In this document: in pieces, positions 7,833 through 16,380 of the stretch
How positions within the stretch are numbered: position 1 is the first letter of the stretch
Layout: each line of letters begins with the position of its first letter
Assembly: GCA_043807085.1 (NCBI GenBank)
Contig: JAZDGI010000005.1
Coordinates: 5,816 to 69,815, forward strand
From: a bacterium
Lineage (GTDB): Bacteria > Patescibacteriota > Minisyncoccia > Minisyncoccales > JAZDGI01
Direction: 5' to 3'
Length of the DNA stretch: 64,000 nucleotides
Program-made: the position numbers and the translations under genes
The notes under the pieces: model-generated
Databases searched by the model: none
Told to the model about the DNA's origin: nothing
Seen by the model: only the letters and a program-made list of their open reading frames with translations

Positions 7833-9077
7833 TTGAGATGGATGTATATTAAAAGAATGAAGAGAAATACCGATCCTAAAAAAATAGAAGAAGCAGTATC
7901 CTCTCGTTTTATCGAAAGAATCTATCCATCAAAAAAGGCTCTAGAAGATTTTTTGAAATCAGGCAGAAGAATGGATATTTACATTGGTTTTGATCCTACA
8001 GGGCCAGAGCTTCATTTAGGACATTCTACAAATTTTTTGCTTCTTAAAAAATTTCAAGAATTAGGGCACAAAGTTATTCTTCTCGTCGGCGATTTTACTG
8101 CTCGGATTGGCGACCCAACGGGAAAGTCAATTACCAGGAGAGCTTTAACGAAAGAGCAGGTTTTAGAAAATTGCAAAACCTACGAAAACCAAGCGAGTAA
8201 AATCTTAGATTTTAATTCTAATGCCAACCCTGTTGTAATAAAATTTAACAGCCAGTGGCTGAGCAAACTAACGCTAGAAGACGTTATTAAATTAACTGCC
8301 CATTTTACAGTTAACCAAATGATCCAAAGAGATATGTTTCAACAGAGGATAGAAGAAAAGAAGGAAATTTATATAAATGAGTTTTTGTATCCTATGTTGC
8401 AAGGATATGATTCAGCAACACTTGGTGTGGATATTGAGGTTGGCGGTACAGACCAAACCTTTAACATGTTAGTAGGGCGAGACCTTGTCAGGATTTATAA
8501 AAATAAAGAAAAATTCGTTATTACAACTCCCTTGTTAATTAATCCCAAAACCGGCAAAAAATTGATGTCAAAAAGTGAAGGAGGTTATATCGCCCTGAAC
8601 GATTCTCCTCAAGAAATGTATGGGAAAGTGATGGCTTTACCCGATGAAGTAATTATCTCTTGCTTGCAATTATGCACAGAGATGCCATTGGTAGAGATTC
8701 AAGTGATGGAAAAAAATCTAAAACAAAAGCAATGTAATCCCCGCGATTTAAAAATAAAATTGGCCAAGGAAATCGTTAGTATCTATCATGGTCAAAAATT
8801 TGCGCTTTTAGCGGAAAAAGAGTTTGAAAAAGTTTTTAAAGACAAAGAGCTGCCGACAGAAATTCCGGGAGTTTTTGTGCGGGAAAAAACCCTAAACATC
8901 CTTGACTTGTTGGTTAAAACAAAGCTAGCCGCTTCCAAGTCCGAAGCCAAAAGGCTGGTTTTGCAAAAAGGAGTTAGGGTGGATGGAGCTGTTTTAGACG
9001 ACTGGAAAGCGGTTGTAGCGATAAAAAAAGACTTGGTGGCGCAAGTCGGCAAAAGAAAAGTCGTTAAGGTTATTTAA
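7833..9077 (+). CDS. tyrS: Tyrosine--tRNA ligase
   Basis: Class I motifs HLGH and KMSKS-like (KLMSKS), with a C-terminal S4 domain (SKSEAKRLVLQKGVRVDG). The track start is TTG at 7833; in-frame ATGs at 7842 and 7857 are alternative starts. Confidence 0.95.
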   Translation: MRWMYIKRMKRNTDPKKIEEAVSSRFIERIYPSKKALEDFLKSGRRMDIYIGFDPTGPELHLGHSTNFLLLKKFQELGHKVILLVGDFTARIGDPTGKSITRRALTKEQVLENCKTYENQASKILDFNSNANPVVIKFNSQWLSKLTLEDVIKLTAHFTVNQMIQRDMFQQRIEEKKEIYINEFLYPMLQGYDSATLGVDIEVGGTDQTFNMLVGRDLVRIYKNKEKFVITTPLLINPKTGKKLMSKSEGGYIALNDSPQEMYGKVMALPDEVIISCLQLCTEMPLVEIQVMEKNLKQKQCNPRDLKIKLAKEIVSIYHGQKFALLAEKEFEKVFKDKELPTEIPGVFVREKTLNILDLLVKTKLAASKSEAKRLVLQKGVRVDGAVLDDWKAVVAIKKDLVAQVGKRKVVKVI

Positions 9078-9084
9078 AACAAAA

Positions 9085-9107
9085 CCCCGAGACATGCTCG
9101 GGGTTTT
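9085..9107 (+). terminator. Rho-independent terminator after tyrS
   Basis: CCCCGAG at 9085..9091, loop ACATG, CTCGGGG at 9097..9103, then TTTT. An A-run precedes it, so it could act in both directions. Confidence 0.8.
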
Positions 9108-9252
9108 GGCTACTCAACTTCTTCTTTTTCTTCGGTTTCTTCTAGGTAAATCATGAATGCAGTTTCTTATTCTTAAATTTTTGGGATTTCGACCTTTGAG
9201 GTCTGTGTAGGAGCATTATATAGCTTCCAAAGCCGCTGTCAAGCGGCTTTTG

Positions 9253-9570
9253 TTAGATCATCTCTATTTTAAAATCTTTTTTCTTTTTTGACCAAGCCCA
9301 TATCTCCACCTCGGCGCTAAAAGCCGCTTTTGGCGCTATTTTATTTTCTTTAAAAAACTTTTGTATTTTTTTTCGTCTGGCCGATAAATTAGACACAGTG
9401 GTTAGCTGAATGAATTTAAGGCCTCCGGTTGTTTTTTTGCAGCAGACCATATCAAAAACGCCGAAGATATCGTTTTGTTTGAACCTGACTTTCGGCGGAT
9501 ACCAGTAAGCCCATTTGTCTTCGCAGAGAATTTGGACCGCTTTTTTTCTAATTTCAGCCTCCCTCGGCAT
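9253..9570 (-). CDS. Hypothetical protein (possible restriction-endonuclease-like fold)
   Basis: 105 aa. The segment DIFGVFDMVCCKK...LKFIQLTT loosely resembles Hjc/PD-(D/E)xK cores, but the E-x-K triad is not intact. It is followed by hairpin 9229..9250. Confidence 0.4.
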   Translation of the reverse strand: MPREAEIRKKAVQILCEDKWAYWYPPKVRFKQNDIFGVFDMVCCKKTTGGLKFIQLTTVSNLSARRKKIQKFFKENKIAPKAAFSAEVEIWAWSKKKKDFKIEMI

Positions 9571-9572
9571 TA

Positions 9573-10313
9573 TTATATTTTCAAATTAGAGTAAATATTT
9601 TGAACGCTTTCTAACTCGTCTAGCGCGCCAAATAATTTTTGACATGATTCTTTTGCTCTTTTCTCGGCGTCAATTTCTTCTTTTGGCACCCACTCCAGAG
9701 AAGAGTCCTCGCTCTTGATTCCTTTTTCTTCCAGCCCTTTTCTTGTTTTTTCCAATTCTTCCGGCTTGGTGTAGATCTCTAAAATATCATTGCGCCAAAC
9801 AACGTCCTGCGCCCCTGCCTCAATCGCTGACATCTCTAATTCTTCGCGGGACTTCATTTGTGGATCGGGGGCTGGCGGCTGGGAATTTATCGTTATTACT
9901 CCCTTTCTTTCAAACATCCACTTGACCGCTCCTTCGGCAACTAATTTCCCCCCGTACTGGTTTAGAGTCTGCTTTATTTCTCCGAGAGCGCGGTTTTTAT
10001 TGTCGGTTATCCCCTCAATAATTATCGCTATTCCCTCGGGGCCGTAAGCCTCAAACAGAATTTCTTCCAAGCCCTCTTCTTCTTGGCCTCCTTCGGCTCT
10101 TTTAATTGCCCTTTCCACGTTTTCTTTGGGCATATTAAAATTTTTAGCTTGTTCTATGGCCATTCTTAATTTATAATTGCTTTCCGTGCTGGCTCCTCCC
10201 TCTTTGACCGCCACTGAAATAACGCGGGCCATTTTTGAAAAAATTTGGCCGCGTTTTTGATCGGTAATCTCTTTTTGGTGTTTAATTGTCTTTGCGTGGC
10301 TGTGGCCGCTCAT
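9573..10313 (-). CDS. yebC: YebC/PmpR family DNA-binding regulator
   Basis: Family N-terminus MSGHSHAKTIKHQK begins at the ATG at 10313. The 26-codon extension in the track is rejected. That ATG forms an ATGA overlap with the comEA stop. Confidence 0.9.
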   Translation of the reverse strand: MSGHSHAKTIKHQKEITDQKRGQIFSKMARVISVAVKEGGASTESNYKLRMAIEQAKNFNMPKENVERAIKRAEGGQEEEGLEEILFEAYGPEGIAIIIEGITDNKNRALGEIKQTLNQYGGKLVAEGAVKWMFERKGVITINSQPPAPDPQMKSREELEMSAIEAGAQDVVWRNDILEIYTKPEELEKTRKGLEEKGIKSEDSSLEWVPKEEIDAEKRAKESCQKLFGALDELESVQNIYSNLKI

Positions 10314-10732
10314 ATTTTTACTTTTCTTTTTAAGAGTAGGATACCAAATCCTGAGAAAATAGCAACGGCTATGGCTGTGGACAAGACCCAAAAGAATCCC
10401 GAAGGATTAGGCGGTTGTTCTTTTGGCTGTTCTTTGAGTTGTTCTTTCTGCTCTTGCTCGAAAAGTTCGGCAGGCAGAGCTTTTTCAACCCAGGCCAATC
10501 CTTGTTTTTTAATATCCTCAACTCTTAATTTGCTGATGCCTTTTATTCTAACCAGGTCTTCCAAGGAAGAAAACGGCCTTAAAGAAACCAATTCCAGGCC
10601 TCGAGCCTCTCCTATATGGACAATTTTGATTAGATCGCTCAGAGGAGCGGTATTAATGTCTATTTTTTCTGCGGCGAACACTCCGCGCCAGGCAAAGAAG
10701 AGGAGAAGGACCACTCTTGACAAAAGCTTCAT
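10310..10732 (-). CDS. comEA: ComEA-like helix-hairpin-helix DNA-binding protein
   Basis: 140 aa. Signal/TM at the N-terminus, HhH repeats (INTAPLSDLIKIVHIGEARGLELV...LEDLVRIKGISKLRVEDI), C-terminal TM helix. Confidence 0.8.
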   Translation of the reverse strand: MKLLSRVVLLLFFAWRGVFAAEKIDINTAPLSDLIKIVHIGEARGLELVSLRPFSSLEDLVRIKGISKLRVEDIKKQGLAWVEKALPAELFEQEQKEQLKEQPKEQPPNPSGFFWVLSTAIAVAIFSGFGILLLKRKVKI

Positions 10733-10756
10733 AATATATTACAATACGAAAGATAG

Positions 10757-10876
10757 GCCCTAAAACTGGGGGCAGGGAACTTTTCTTAGCCGGATAGCTT
10801 GGCTCAGGCGAAGCTACTCCTCGGAAAAGCTCTAAACTTCTGTTCCAATAACTAAAGTTGCCCCCAGTTTTAGGGC
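10757..10876. other. 120-nt structured element closed by a perfect 18-bp inverted repeat
   Basis: GCCCTAAAACTGGGGGCA at 10757..10774 pairs with TGCCCCCAGTTTTAGGGC at 10859..10876. Nested helices: CTTTTC/GAAAAG, TAGCTT/AAGCTA, GGAAC/GTTCC. It lies 7 nt after the PilB-like stop and 24 nt before the comEA start. Confidence 0.7.
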
Positions 10877-10883
10877 TTTGTCG

Positions 10884-12158
10884 TTATTGTTCTTCTTCTG
10901 AGGCCACCCTGTCTAGCTCTTCAATTGTAGTGATCCCCGCTAAAACTTTAATCAGCCCGTCGCAATATATTGTTTTCATCCCTCTTTTTATTGCCAACTC
11001 CTTTATTTCTGAAACAGAGGGCTTTTTGAGTATTAATTTTTCCATTTCGTCGTCAACCAGAAAAGCTTCGTATATTCCGATTCTCCCTTTGTAGCCGGTA
11101 AAATTGCATTTTTTGCACTGGCCGGCCTTTGGTATTTTTATATTTTTTGGCGGTTTTTTAAGGGCTATCTTTATTTTTTTTAATTCTTGGCTGGACGGGG
11201 CTTCAAATTTCGCGCAGCTTGGACAAATTTTTCTGACCAGTCTTTGGGCAATAATTAAATTAATGGCTGGACCGAGATCGGCCGGGTTGGCCCCCAGATT
11301 TATGAGCCTGAAGATAGTTCCGGCGGCGTCATTGGTATGCAGGGTTGTTAAGACAAGGTGACCCGTCAGAGAGGATTGCAGTCCTATATTAGCTGTTTCT
11401 ATGTCCCTGATTTCTCCTACCAAGATTACGTCCGGGTCCTGTCTGACGATTGCTCTGAGCCCTGAAACAAAATCATATCCTTTTTCCGGGGCCACCTGGG
11501 TCTGGGAAACGCCCTCAAGCCGGTATTCCACAGGGTCTTCAATGGTTATGATCTTGATTTCCGGCCGACAGACTTCTTTTAAAAAGGCGTAAAGCGTGGT
11601 GGTTTTGCCCGAGCCTGTTGGCCCGGTGACAACGATCATTCCGTTGGGTTTTTTGATTTCTTTTTTGAAAAGCTCCAGAAGATCTTTTCTCAAGCCCAAA
11701 ACATCCAAGCCCATCACTGATTTTGGGTTTAAGACCCTTAAGACGATCGCTTCTCCCTCTTCTGCGGGCAAAACAGACGCTCTTATTTCAATCAGAGAAG
11801 AGGCTGTTTTAACGGAAAATCGGCCGTCTTGGGGCCGATCGGAAATATTTAGCTTGATCCCCGAAAGCAATTTAATTCTTGAAAGAAGGCTTTCGTAGAT
11901 CGGTTTTTCAAAAAATAAAATATCTTGCAGCAGGCCGTCCAATCTCATCCTTAACTTGACTTCTTCTTTTTCTGCCTCAATATGAATGTCTGAAGCTCCC
12001 AGAGAAATAGCGCCGCAGAGGATGGTTTCTATAATTTTTGTCGTTTCCTCTTTAAAAGACAGCTCAATTTCTTTTTTTAGGTCAATAACGTTTTCAATTT
12101 TCTTATTTCGGCCCTGAGAGACGTCCACCAGCCCGGTAATTTCTTTTGGAGTTTCCAT
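10884..12158 (-). CDS. GspE/PilB-family type II/IV secretion ATPase (short form, no N-terminal MshEN-type domain)
   Basis: 424 aa. Walker A (GPTGSGKTTT), Asp box, Walker B, His box, tetracysteine motif (CPSC...CKKC). Confidence 0.9.
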   Translation of the reverse strand: METPKEITGLVDVSQGRNKKIENVIDLKKEIELSFKEETTKIIETILCGAISLGASDIHIEAEKEEVKLRMRLDGLLQDILFFEKPIYESLLSRIKLLSGIKLNISDRPQDGRFSVKTASSLIEIRASVLPAEEGEAIVLRVLNPKSVMGLDVLGLRKDLLELFKKEIKKPNGMIVVTGPTGSGKTTTLYAFLKEVCRPEIKIITIEDPVEYRLEGVSQTQVAPEKGYDFVSGLRAIVRQDPDVILVGEIRDIETANIGLQSSLTGHLVLTTLHTNDAAGTIFRLINLGANPADLGPAINLIIAQRLVRKICPSCAKFEAPSSQELKKIKIALKKPPKNIKIPKAGQCKKCNFTGYKGRIGIYEAFLVDDEMEKLILKKPSVSEIKELAIKRGMKTIYCDGLIKVLAGITTIEELDRVASEEEQ

Positions 12159-12186
12159 TTTAAAATTGTAAAATTAAAAAGAACTA

Positions 12187-12639
12187 ATGTCAATAAAACA
12201 CATAGAAATTTTGACCCTGAACTATCGGCAAACGCAAAGCGCCGGGAAAGTTTTGGCTGAAGAAATTTTGGAAACGTCCGGTCAAAAATCATTTGTCTTG
12301 GGACTGGAGGGAGAGCTAGGAGGAGGGAAGACCACTTTTTTGCAGGGGTTTGCCCAAGGGCTCGGCATTAAAGAAAAAATTACCAGTCCGACTTTCGTGA
12401 TTATGAAAAGATTCAAGATCAAAAATTTAAAATTTAAGAATTTTTATCATTTTGACTGCTACCGCATCCAAAAAGCCGAAGAGATTTCGGTAACGGGGCT
12501 TAAAGAGATAATTTCTGATCCGCAAAACATTGTTGCTATTGAGTGGTCGGAGAGAATAAAAAAGATTATGCCTAAAAACGCTTTGCGGCTAAGTTTTGTT
12601 TATATGGGCAAAGACAAGAGAAAAATCGTGATAGAATAA
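12187..12639 (+). CDS. tsaE: tRNA t6A37 biosynthesis ATPase TsaE
   Basis: 150 aa. GELGGGKTTFLQG P-loop, SPTFVIM and YHFDCYR motifs. Confidence 0.9.
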   Translation: MSIKHIEILTLNYRQTQSAGKVLAEEILETSGQKSFVLGLEGELGGGKTTFLQGFAQGLGIKEKITSPTFVIMKRFKIKNLKFKNFYHFDCYRIQKAEEISVTGLKEIISDPQNIVAIEWSERIKKIMPKNALRLSFVYMGKDKRKIVIE

Positions 12640-12643
12640 AAGA

Positions 12644-13513
12644 ATGCCAGAGAAAGAACGATTAATCGTTATTGACGCGAATTCGGTGATCCACCGAGCT
12701 TATCACGCTCTGCCTCCTTTGACAACGAAAAAAGGGGAATTGGCAAATGCGGTCTATGGATTTCTTTTGGTTTTTTTAAGGGTAATAAAGGAATTCCGGC
12801 CGGATTATATTGCCGCGGCTTTTGATTTGCCCCTGCCGACCTTTAGGCATGATCGTTTCAAGGAGTACAAAGCTAAAAGGCTAAAAACGCCAGACGATCT
12901 CCGCTCTCAGATAACAAAAACAAAAGAAATCCTTCTGGCTTTTGGCGTTCCGGTTTTTGAAAAGGAAAAGTTTGAGGCAGACGACATCATCGGCACTTTA
13001 GCGGAACTAGCCTCTTCTGAAATTGAAACAATAATTGTTTCGGGCGACTTTGATGTCTTGCAGCTCGTCTCTCCAAAAACCAAAGCCTATGTTTTAAGAA
13101 AGGGCGTCAAAGACATAGTTCTGTACGATGAAACTTTGGTCAGGGAAAGATATCAAGGACTAAACCAGCGCCAGATCATTGACTTTAAGGCCTTAAGGGG
13201 AGATCCTTCCGATAATATTCCCGGCGTCAGGGGTATTGGCGAAAAAACCGCCTTTGACTTAATAAAGGAATTCAACAATCTTAACAATCTTTATGAAAAC
13301 ATCAGCGACGTAAAGCCAAGAGCGAAAGAGCTGCTTTTGGCGCAAAAAGAAAATGCTTTTTTGAGCCGCGATCTGTCGGCCATACGCAAAGACGCGCCCA
13401 TAGAGCTTGATTTAAGCAGGTGCGATTTTAATAAAAACTACAACAAGGAGGCGGCCAGGCAGGCGCTGGAATCTCTTGAGTTTTACAGCTTGATAAAAAG
13501 ACTGCCGTCTTGA
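12644..13513 (+). CDS. Stand-alone 5'-3' exonuclease (Pol I N-terminal / FEN-like)
   Basis: 289 aa. PIN-like domain (LIVIDANSVIHRAYHALP), acidic metal sites, H3TH (GDPSDNIPGVRGIGEKTA). No polymerase domain follows. Confidence 0.9.
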   Translation: MPEKERLIVIDANSVIHRAYHALPPLTTKKGELANAVYGFLLVFLRVIKEFRPDYIAAAFDLPLPTFRHDRFKEYKAKRLKTPDDLRSQITKTKEILLAFGVPVFEKEKFEADDIIGTLAELASSEIETIIVSGDFDVLQLVSPKTKAYVLRKGVKDIVLYDETLVRERYQGLNQRQIIDFKALRGDPSDNIPGVRGIGEKTAFDLIKEFNNLNNLYENISDVKPRAKELLLAQKENAFLSRDLSAIRKDAPIELDLSRCDFNKNYNKEAARQALESLEFYSLIKRLPS

Positions 13514-13550
13514 GCTGAAAATGTGTTATGATTAAAAATATACATTTTCT

Positions 13551-14084
13551 ATGCGGATACGATTTTCGTTTCGGGCAATTTCAATAATTTTACTGGTGAT
13601 TTCTTTTTTGCTGGCAGCGATTTTCCGGGAGAAAATCGCTGTTGCTGCCGGCTTTTTAGCTGGCGGAGGACTTCTTTTTTTTATCGTAGAGATGTGCGTT
13701 ATAAAGCCCGTTCGCAAACTGCAGTCGGCTCTAAAAAAAATACGCGAAGAAAATTTCAGCTTTCGTTTGCCCCACCGGCCTTTTAATGAAATCGGCGATT
13801 TGTTCGCTATTTTTAACGAAGCCGCCCAGGCCCTGAAAGACTCAAGAGTCTCCATTGAAAAAGATAAAGCTGCTTTGGAAAAAAGCGCTTGGTCAAAGAC
13901 CGAAGAATTAAAAAATCTAACTGAAAAGTTTGAGAAGAAAGTGAAAGAGGCGAATAAAGAGGTTTATGAAAAAATGGAAGAACTGGAAAGATTTAATAAG
14001 CTGGCTGTCGGTCGGGAATTAAAAATGATTGAGTTAAAGGCAAAATTAAAAAAACTCGCAAGATATGCCAAGGCAAAAGGTTAA
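13551..14084 (+). CDS. Sensor histidine kinase, N-terminal fragment (TM + HAMP + coiled coil)
   Basis: 177 aa. Two TM helices, HAMP-like linker and the coiled-coil motif LAVGRELKMIELKAKL that normally precedes the kinase core. It ends 20 nt inside the next ORF. Confidence 0.7.
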   Translation: MRIRFSFRAISIILLVISFLLAAIFREKIAVAAGFLAGGGLLFFIVEMCVIKPVRKLQSALKKIREENFSFRLPHRPFNEIGDLFAIFNEAAQALKDSRVSIEKDKAALEKSAWSKTEELKNLTEKFEKKVKEANKEVYEKMEELERFNKLAVGRELKMIELKAKLKKLARYAKAKG

Positions 14085-15216
14085 AAAAGACAAGGAAGCG
14101 AGACTGGCCCTGCTGAATATGCTGGAAGATACCGAGGAGGCTAGGCGCCGGGCGGAAGAAGAAAAAAACAAAGCGCTGGCCGTGATCGCCAAGTTTACCG
14201 ACGGCCTTTTGGTTTTTAACGGAGAGAACAGGCTTTCTTTGATAAACCCTCCGGCCGAAAATTTTTTAGAAATAAAAGGAACGGAGGCTGTAGGCCGGTC
14301 GGTCTCCGAGTTAAGCGGTTTTCCTCTTTTTGCCAAATTGTTGGCTCTAGCCGACCCGGAGCTCAAAGAGGTTTTTAGAAAAGAACTGGCGATAAAAGAA
14401 GGATTGACTCTAGAGGCAAGCGTTGTCCCAATGGGGGGACGGGAAAAAGCTGGAGCGATAATAATTCTTCACGATATTACCAGGGAAAAAGCAATTGAGA
14501 GAATGAAGACGGAGTTCGTTTCTTTGGCCGCTCATCAGCTAAGAACGCCGCTCTCGGCAATTAAGTGGACGTTAAAAATGCTTTTAGATGGAGACGTTGG
14601 CGAAATTACGGCTGAACAAAGAGAAATAGTCAACAAGAGCTACCAAAGCACGGAAAGGATGATTGATTTGGTCAATGACTTGCTTAACACGACTAAAATT
14701 GAGGAGGGCAGATATCTTTTCAGTCCGAATCTTGTTGATATTGAACCTATTTGCAGAAACGTCATAGCGTTATTGGGGCCATCAGCCAAGAGAAAAAAAA
14801 TCAGCCTGAAACTTGTTGCGCCCTTTAAATCCCTGCCCAAGGTTAAGGCAGACACGGAAAAATTAAAACTGGCGATACAAAACCTTATTGATAATTCTAT
14901 CAGGTATACTTTGCCTGGCGGGAAAATAAAGGTTTCTCTGGCAGGCAGCAAGAAGGAAATAGAGTTCTATGTCCAGGACAACGGCGTAGGCATCCCCCAG
15001 AGACAAAAAGAAAGGGTTTTTTCTAAGTTTTTTCGCGCTGACAACGTGCTTAGAATAGATACGGAAGGATCGGGCTTGGGTCTTTTTATCGCTAAAAATA
15101 TTATTGAAGCCCACGGTGGGAAAATATGGTTTGAATCAAGGGAGGGGGAGGGCGCGACCTTTCATTTCACCTTGCCGGCGAAAGAAGAGTTTGCAGAATT
15201 CTTAAAAGAGTTTTAA
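14065..15216 (+). CDS. Sensor histidine kinase, C-terminal part (PAS + HisKA + HATPase_c)
   Basis: 383 aa. H-box (SLAAHQLRTPLSAI), N box (DNSIRYT), G boxes (DNGVGI, GSGLGL). It is in the +1 frame relative to the upstream fragment. Confidence 0.85.
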   Translation: MPRQKVKKDKEARLALLNMLEDTEEARRRAEEEKNKALAVIAKFTDGLLVFNGENRLSLINPPAENFLEIKGTEAVGRSVSELSGFPLFAKLLALADPELKEVFRKELAIKEGLTLEASVVPMGGREKAGAIIILHDITREKAIERMKTEFVSLAAHQLRTPLSAIKWTLKMLLDGDVGEITAEQREIVNKSYQSTERMIDLVNDLLNTTKIEEGRYLFSPNLVDIEPICRNVIALLGPSAKRKKISLKLVAPFKSLPKVKADTEKLKLAIQNLIDNSIRYTLPGGKIKVSLAGSKKEIEFYVQDNGVGIPQRQKERVFSKFFRADNVLRIDTEGSGLGLFIAKNIIEAHGGKIWFESREGEGATFHFTLPAKEEFAEFLKEF

Positions 15217-15227
15217 AATAAAAATGT

Positions 15228-15596
15228 ATGACAAGCAAAATTTTAATCATAGAGGACGATAAATTTTTACGCGAGCTATTAGCGCAAAAGCTTACCAAGG
15301 AAGGTTATGACAATATCCAGGCGGTTGACGGCGAAGAAGGAATAAAAATGATCAAAAGCGAACAGCCGGGATTGGTTCTTTTAGACCTAATTCTTCCTGG
15401 CATTGACGGATTTGAAGTTTTAGCAAGAATGAAGGAAGATTCTGCTGCGGCCTCAACGCCAGTTATTATTCTTTCCAATCTTGGGCAGAAAGAAGATGTT
15501 GAAAAAGGGTTGAATCTGGGAGCTGTGGACTATTTGATCAAGGCCCATTTTACCCTGGGAGAGATTATTGAAAAAGTAAGGAGAAACCTTAAATAA
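15228..15596 (+). CDS. Single-domain response regulator (receiver only)
   Basis: 122 aa. IEDD acidic pocket, phospho-acceptor DLILPGIDG, conserved K (IKAHF). Confidence 0.9.
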   Translation: MTSKILIIEDDKFLRELLAQKLTKEGYDNIQAVDGEEGIKMIKSEQPGLVLLDLILPGIDGFEVLARMKEDSAAASTPVIILSNLGQKEDVEKGLNLGAVDYLIKAHFTLGEIIEKVRRNLK

Positions 15597-15601
15597 TTTA
15601 A

Positions 15602-16378
15602 ATGCCCGAATTGCCGGAGGTTGAGACGATACGGCGTCAATTGGCCCGGAAAATTATCGGCAAAAAATTAAACGGCCTGCCGGCCGGCAGGCAAGGCTGG
15701 AAAATTATCGGCGTGCGGAGAAGGGCCAAGCTTTTAATAATTGATTTTGTCGGCGGGCAAAACCTTATTTTTCATCTAAAACTGACCGGTCAGCTGATCT
15801 TTAACGGAAAACCTTCGGCGCATACCCGCAAGGTTTTTAATTTTGGCGACGGCTCGCGGCTAATTTTTAATGACGCCCGGAAGTTCGGCTGGTGGAAAAA
15901 AACGAAAGGAACGGAAAAGATAGAAGATAAATTCGGGCCGGAGGCCTTGGAAATTAGCCTTGATGACTTCAAAAGAGATTTATCCCGAAAACCGAATGCC
16001 AAAATCAAACCTCTCTTGATGGACCAAAAATTTATTGCCGGCATCGGCAATATTTATTCAGATGAAATTTTATTTGCCGCTAGAGTTAATCCCTTGCGCC
16101 GGGTAAAATCCTTGGAGGTTAAAGAGGTTGGGCGAATTCATCAAAGTATCAAAAAAATTTTAGTAGAGGCGATCAAGTGCGGAGGTTCGTCGGTTGAATA
16201 TTATCTTGACGCTTGCGGCAAGAAGGGGGACTATGTTAAGTATCATAAAGTTTATCAAAGGGAAGGCAAAAAATGCTTTCGCTGCGGCGCGAGCATAGAA
16301 AGATTAAAAATCAGCGGCAGATCCGCTCGCTTCTGCCCCAAGTGCCAGCCTTTCGGCACGGCTCAGGGCAAGAAATAA
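15602..16378 (+). CDS. mutM: Formamidopyrimidine-DNA glycosylase
   Basis: N-terminal MPELPEVE, H2TH region, C-terminal zinc finger (CFRCG...CPKC). It carries a 51-nt in-frame insertion (see the repeat at 15648..15712). Confidence 0.92.
   Translation: MPELPEVETIRRQLARKIIGKKLNGLPAGRQGWKIIGVRRRAKLLIIDFVGGQNLIFHLKLTGQLIFNGKPSAHTRKVFNFGDGSRLIFNDARKFGWWKKTKGTEKIEDKFGPEALEISLDDFKRDLSRKPNAKIKPLLMDQKFIAGIGNIYSDEILFAARVNPLRRVKSLEVKEVGRIHQSIKKILVEAIKCGGSSVEYYLDACGKKGDYVKYHKVYQREGKKCFRCGASIERLKISGRSARFCPKCQPFGTAQGKK
15648..15712 (+). repeat. GC-rich palindromic micro-element flanked by a perfect 14-bp direct repeat, in frame in mutM
   Basis: GGAAAATTATCGGC occurs at 15648..15661 and again at 15699..15712. 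Between them lies the perfect 18-nt palindrome GCCTGCCGGCCGGCAGGC at 15675..15692. The repeat period is 51 nt = 17 codons (KIIG[KKLNGLPAGRQGWKIIG]). Confidence 0.9.
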
Positions 16379-16380
16379 TT

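Noticed and set aside
10245-10763. 172-aa + strand ORF, and many similar antisense ORFs in the track (e.g. 20904..21425, 47075..47689, 45896..46303, 30594..30998, 37577..37996)
   Set aside because: Each lies entirely opposite a strongly supported conserved gene (yebC/comEA, atpA, ileS, the HAD gene, PolX). Each shows shadow-frame composition and no motifs.
12423-12436. AAATTTA x2 in tsaE (peptide KNLKFKNF), a possible additional heptamer array
   Set aside because: It has only two perfect units in an A/T-rich context, which is near chance expectation. The TsaE family normally has a variable segment of similar length here.
16273-16380. N-terminal extensions suggested by the ORF track (holA 16273, murE 17481, rsmI 54247, PolX 37212, yebC 10391, rpsT 17608, hisB 31429, greA 35059, 48031)
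   Set aside because: The extensions overlap the preceding gene or a repeat and precede the canonical family N-termini. Internal ATGs give standard lengths and, in several cases, ATGA stop-start overlaps.
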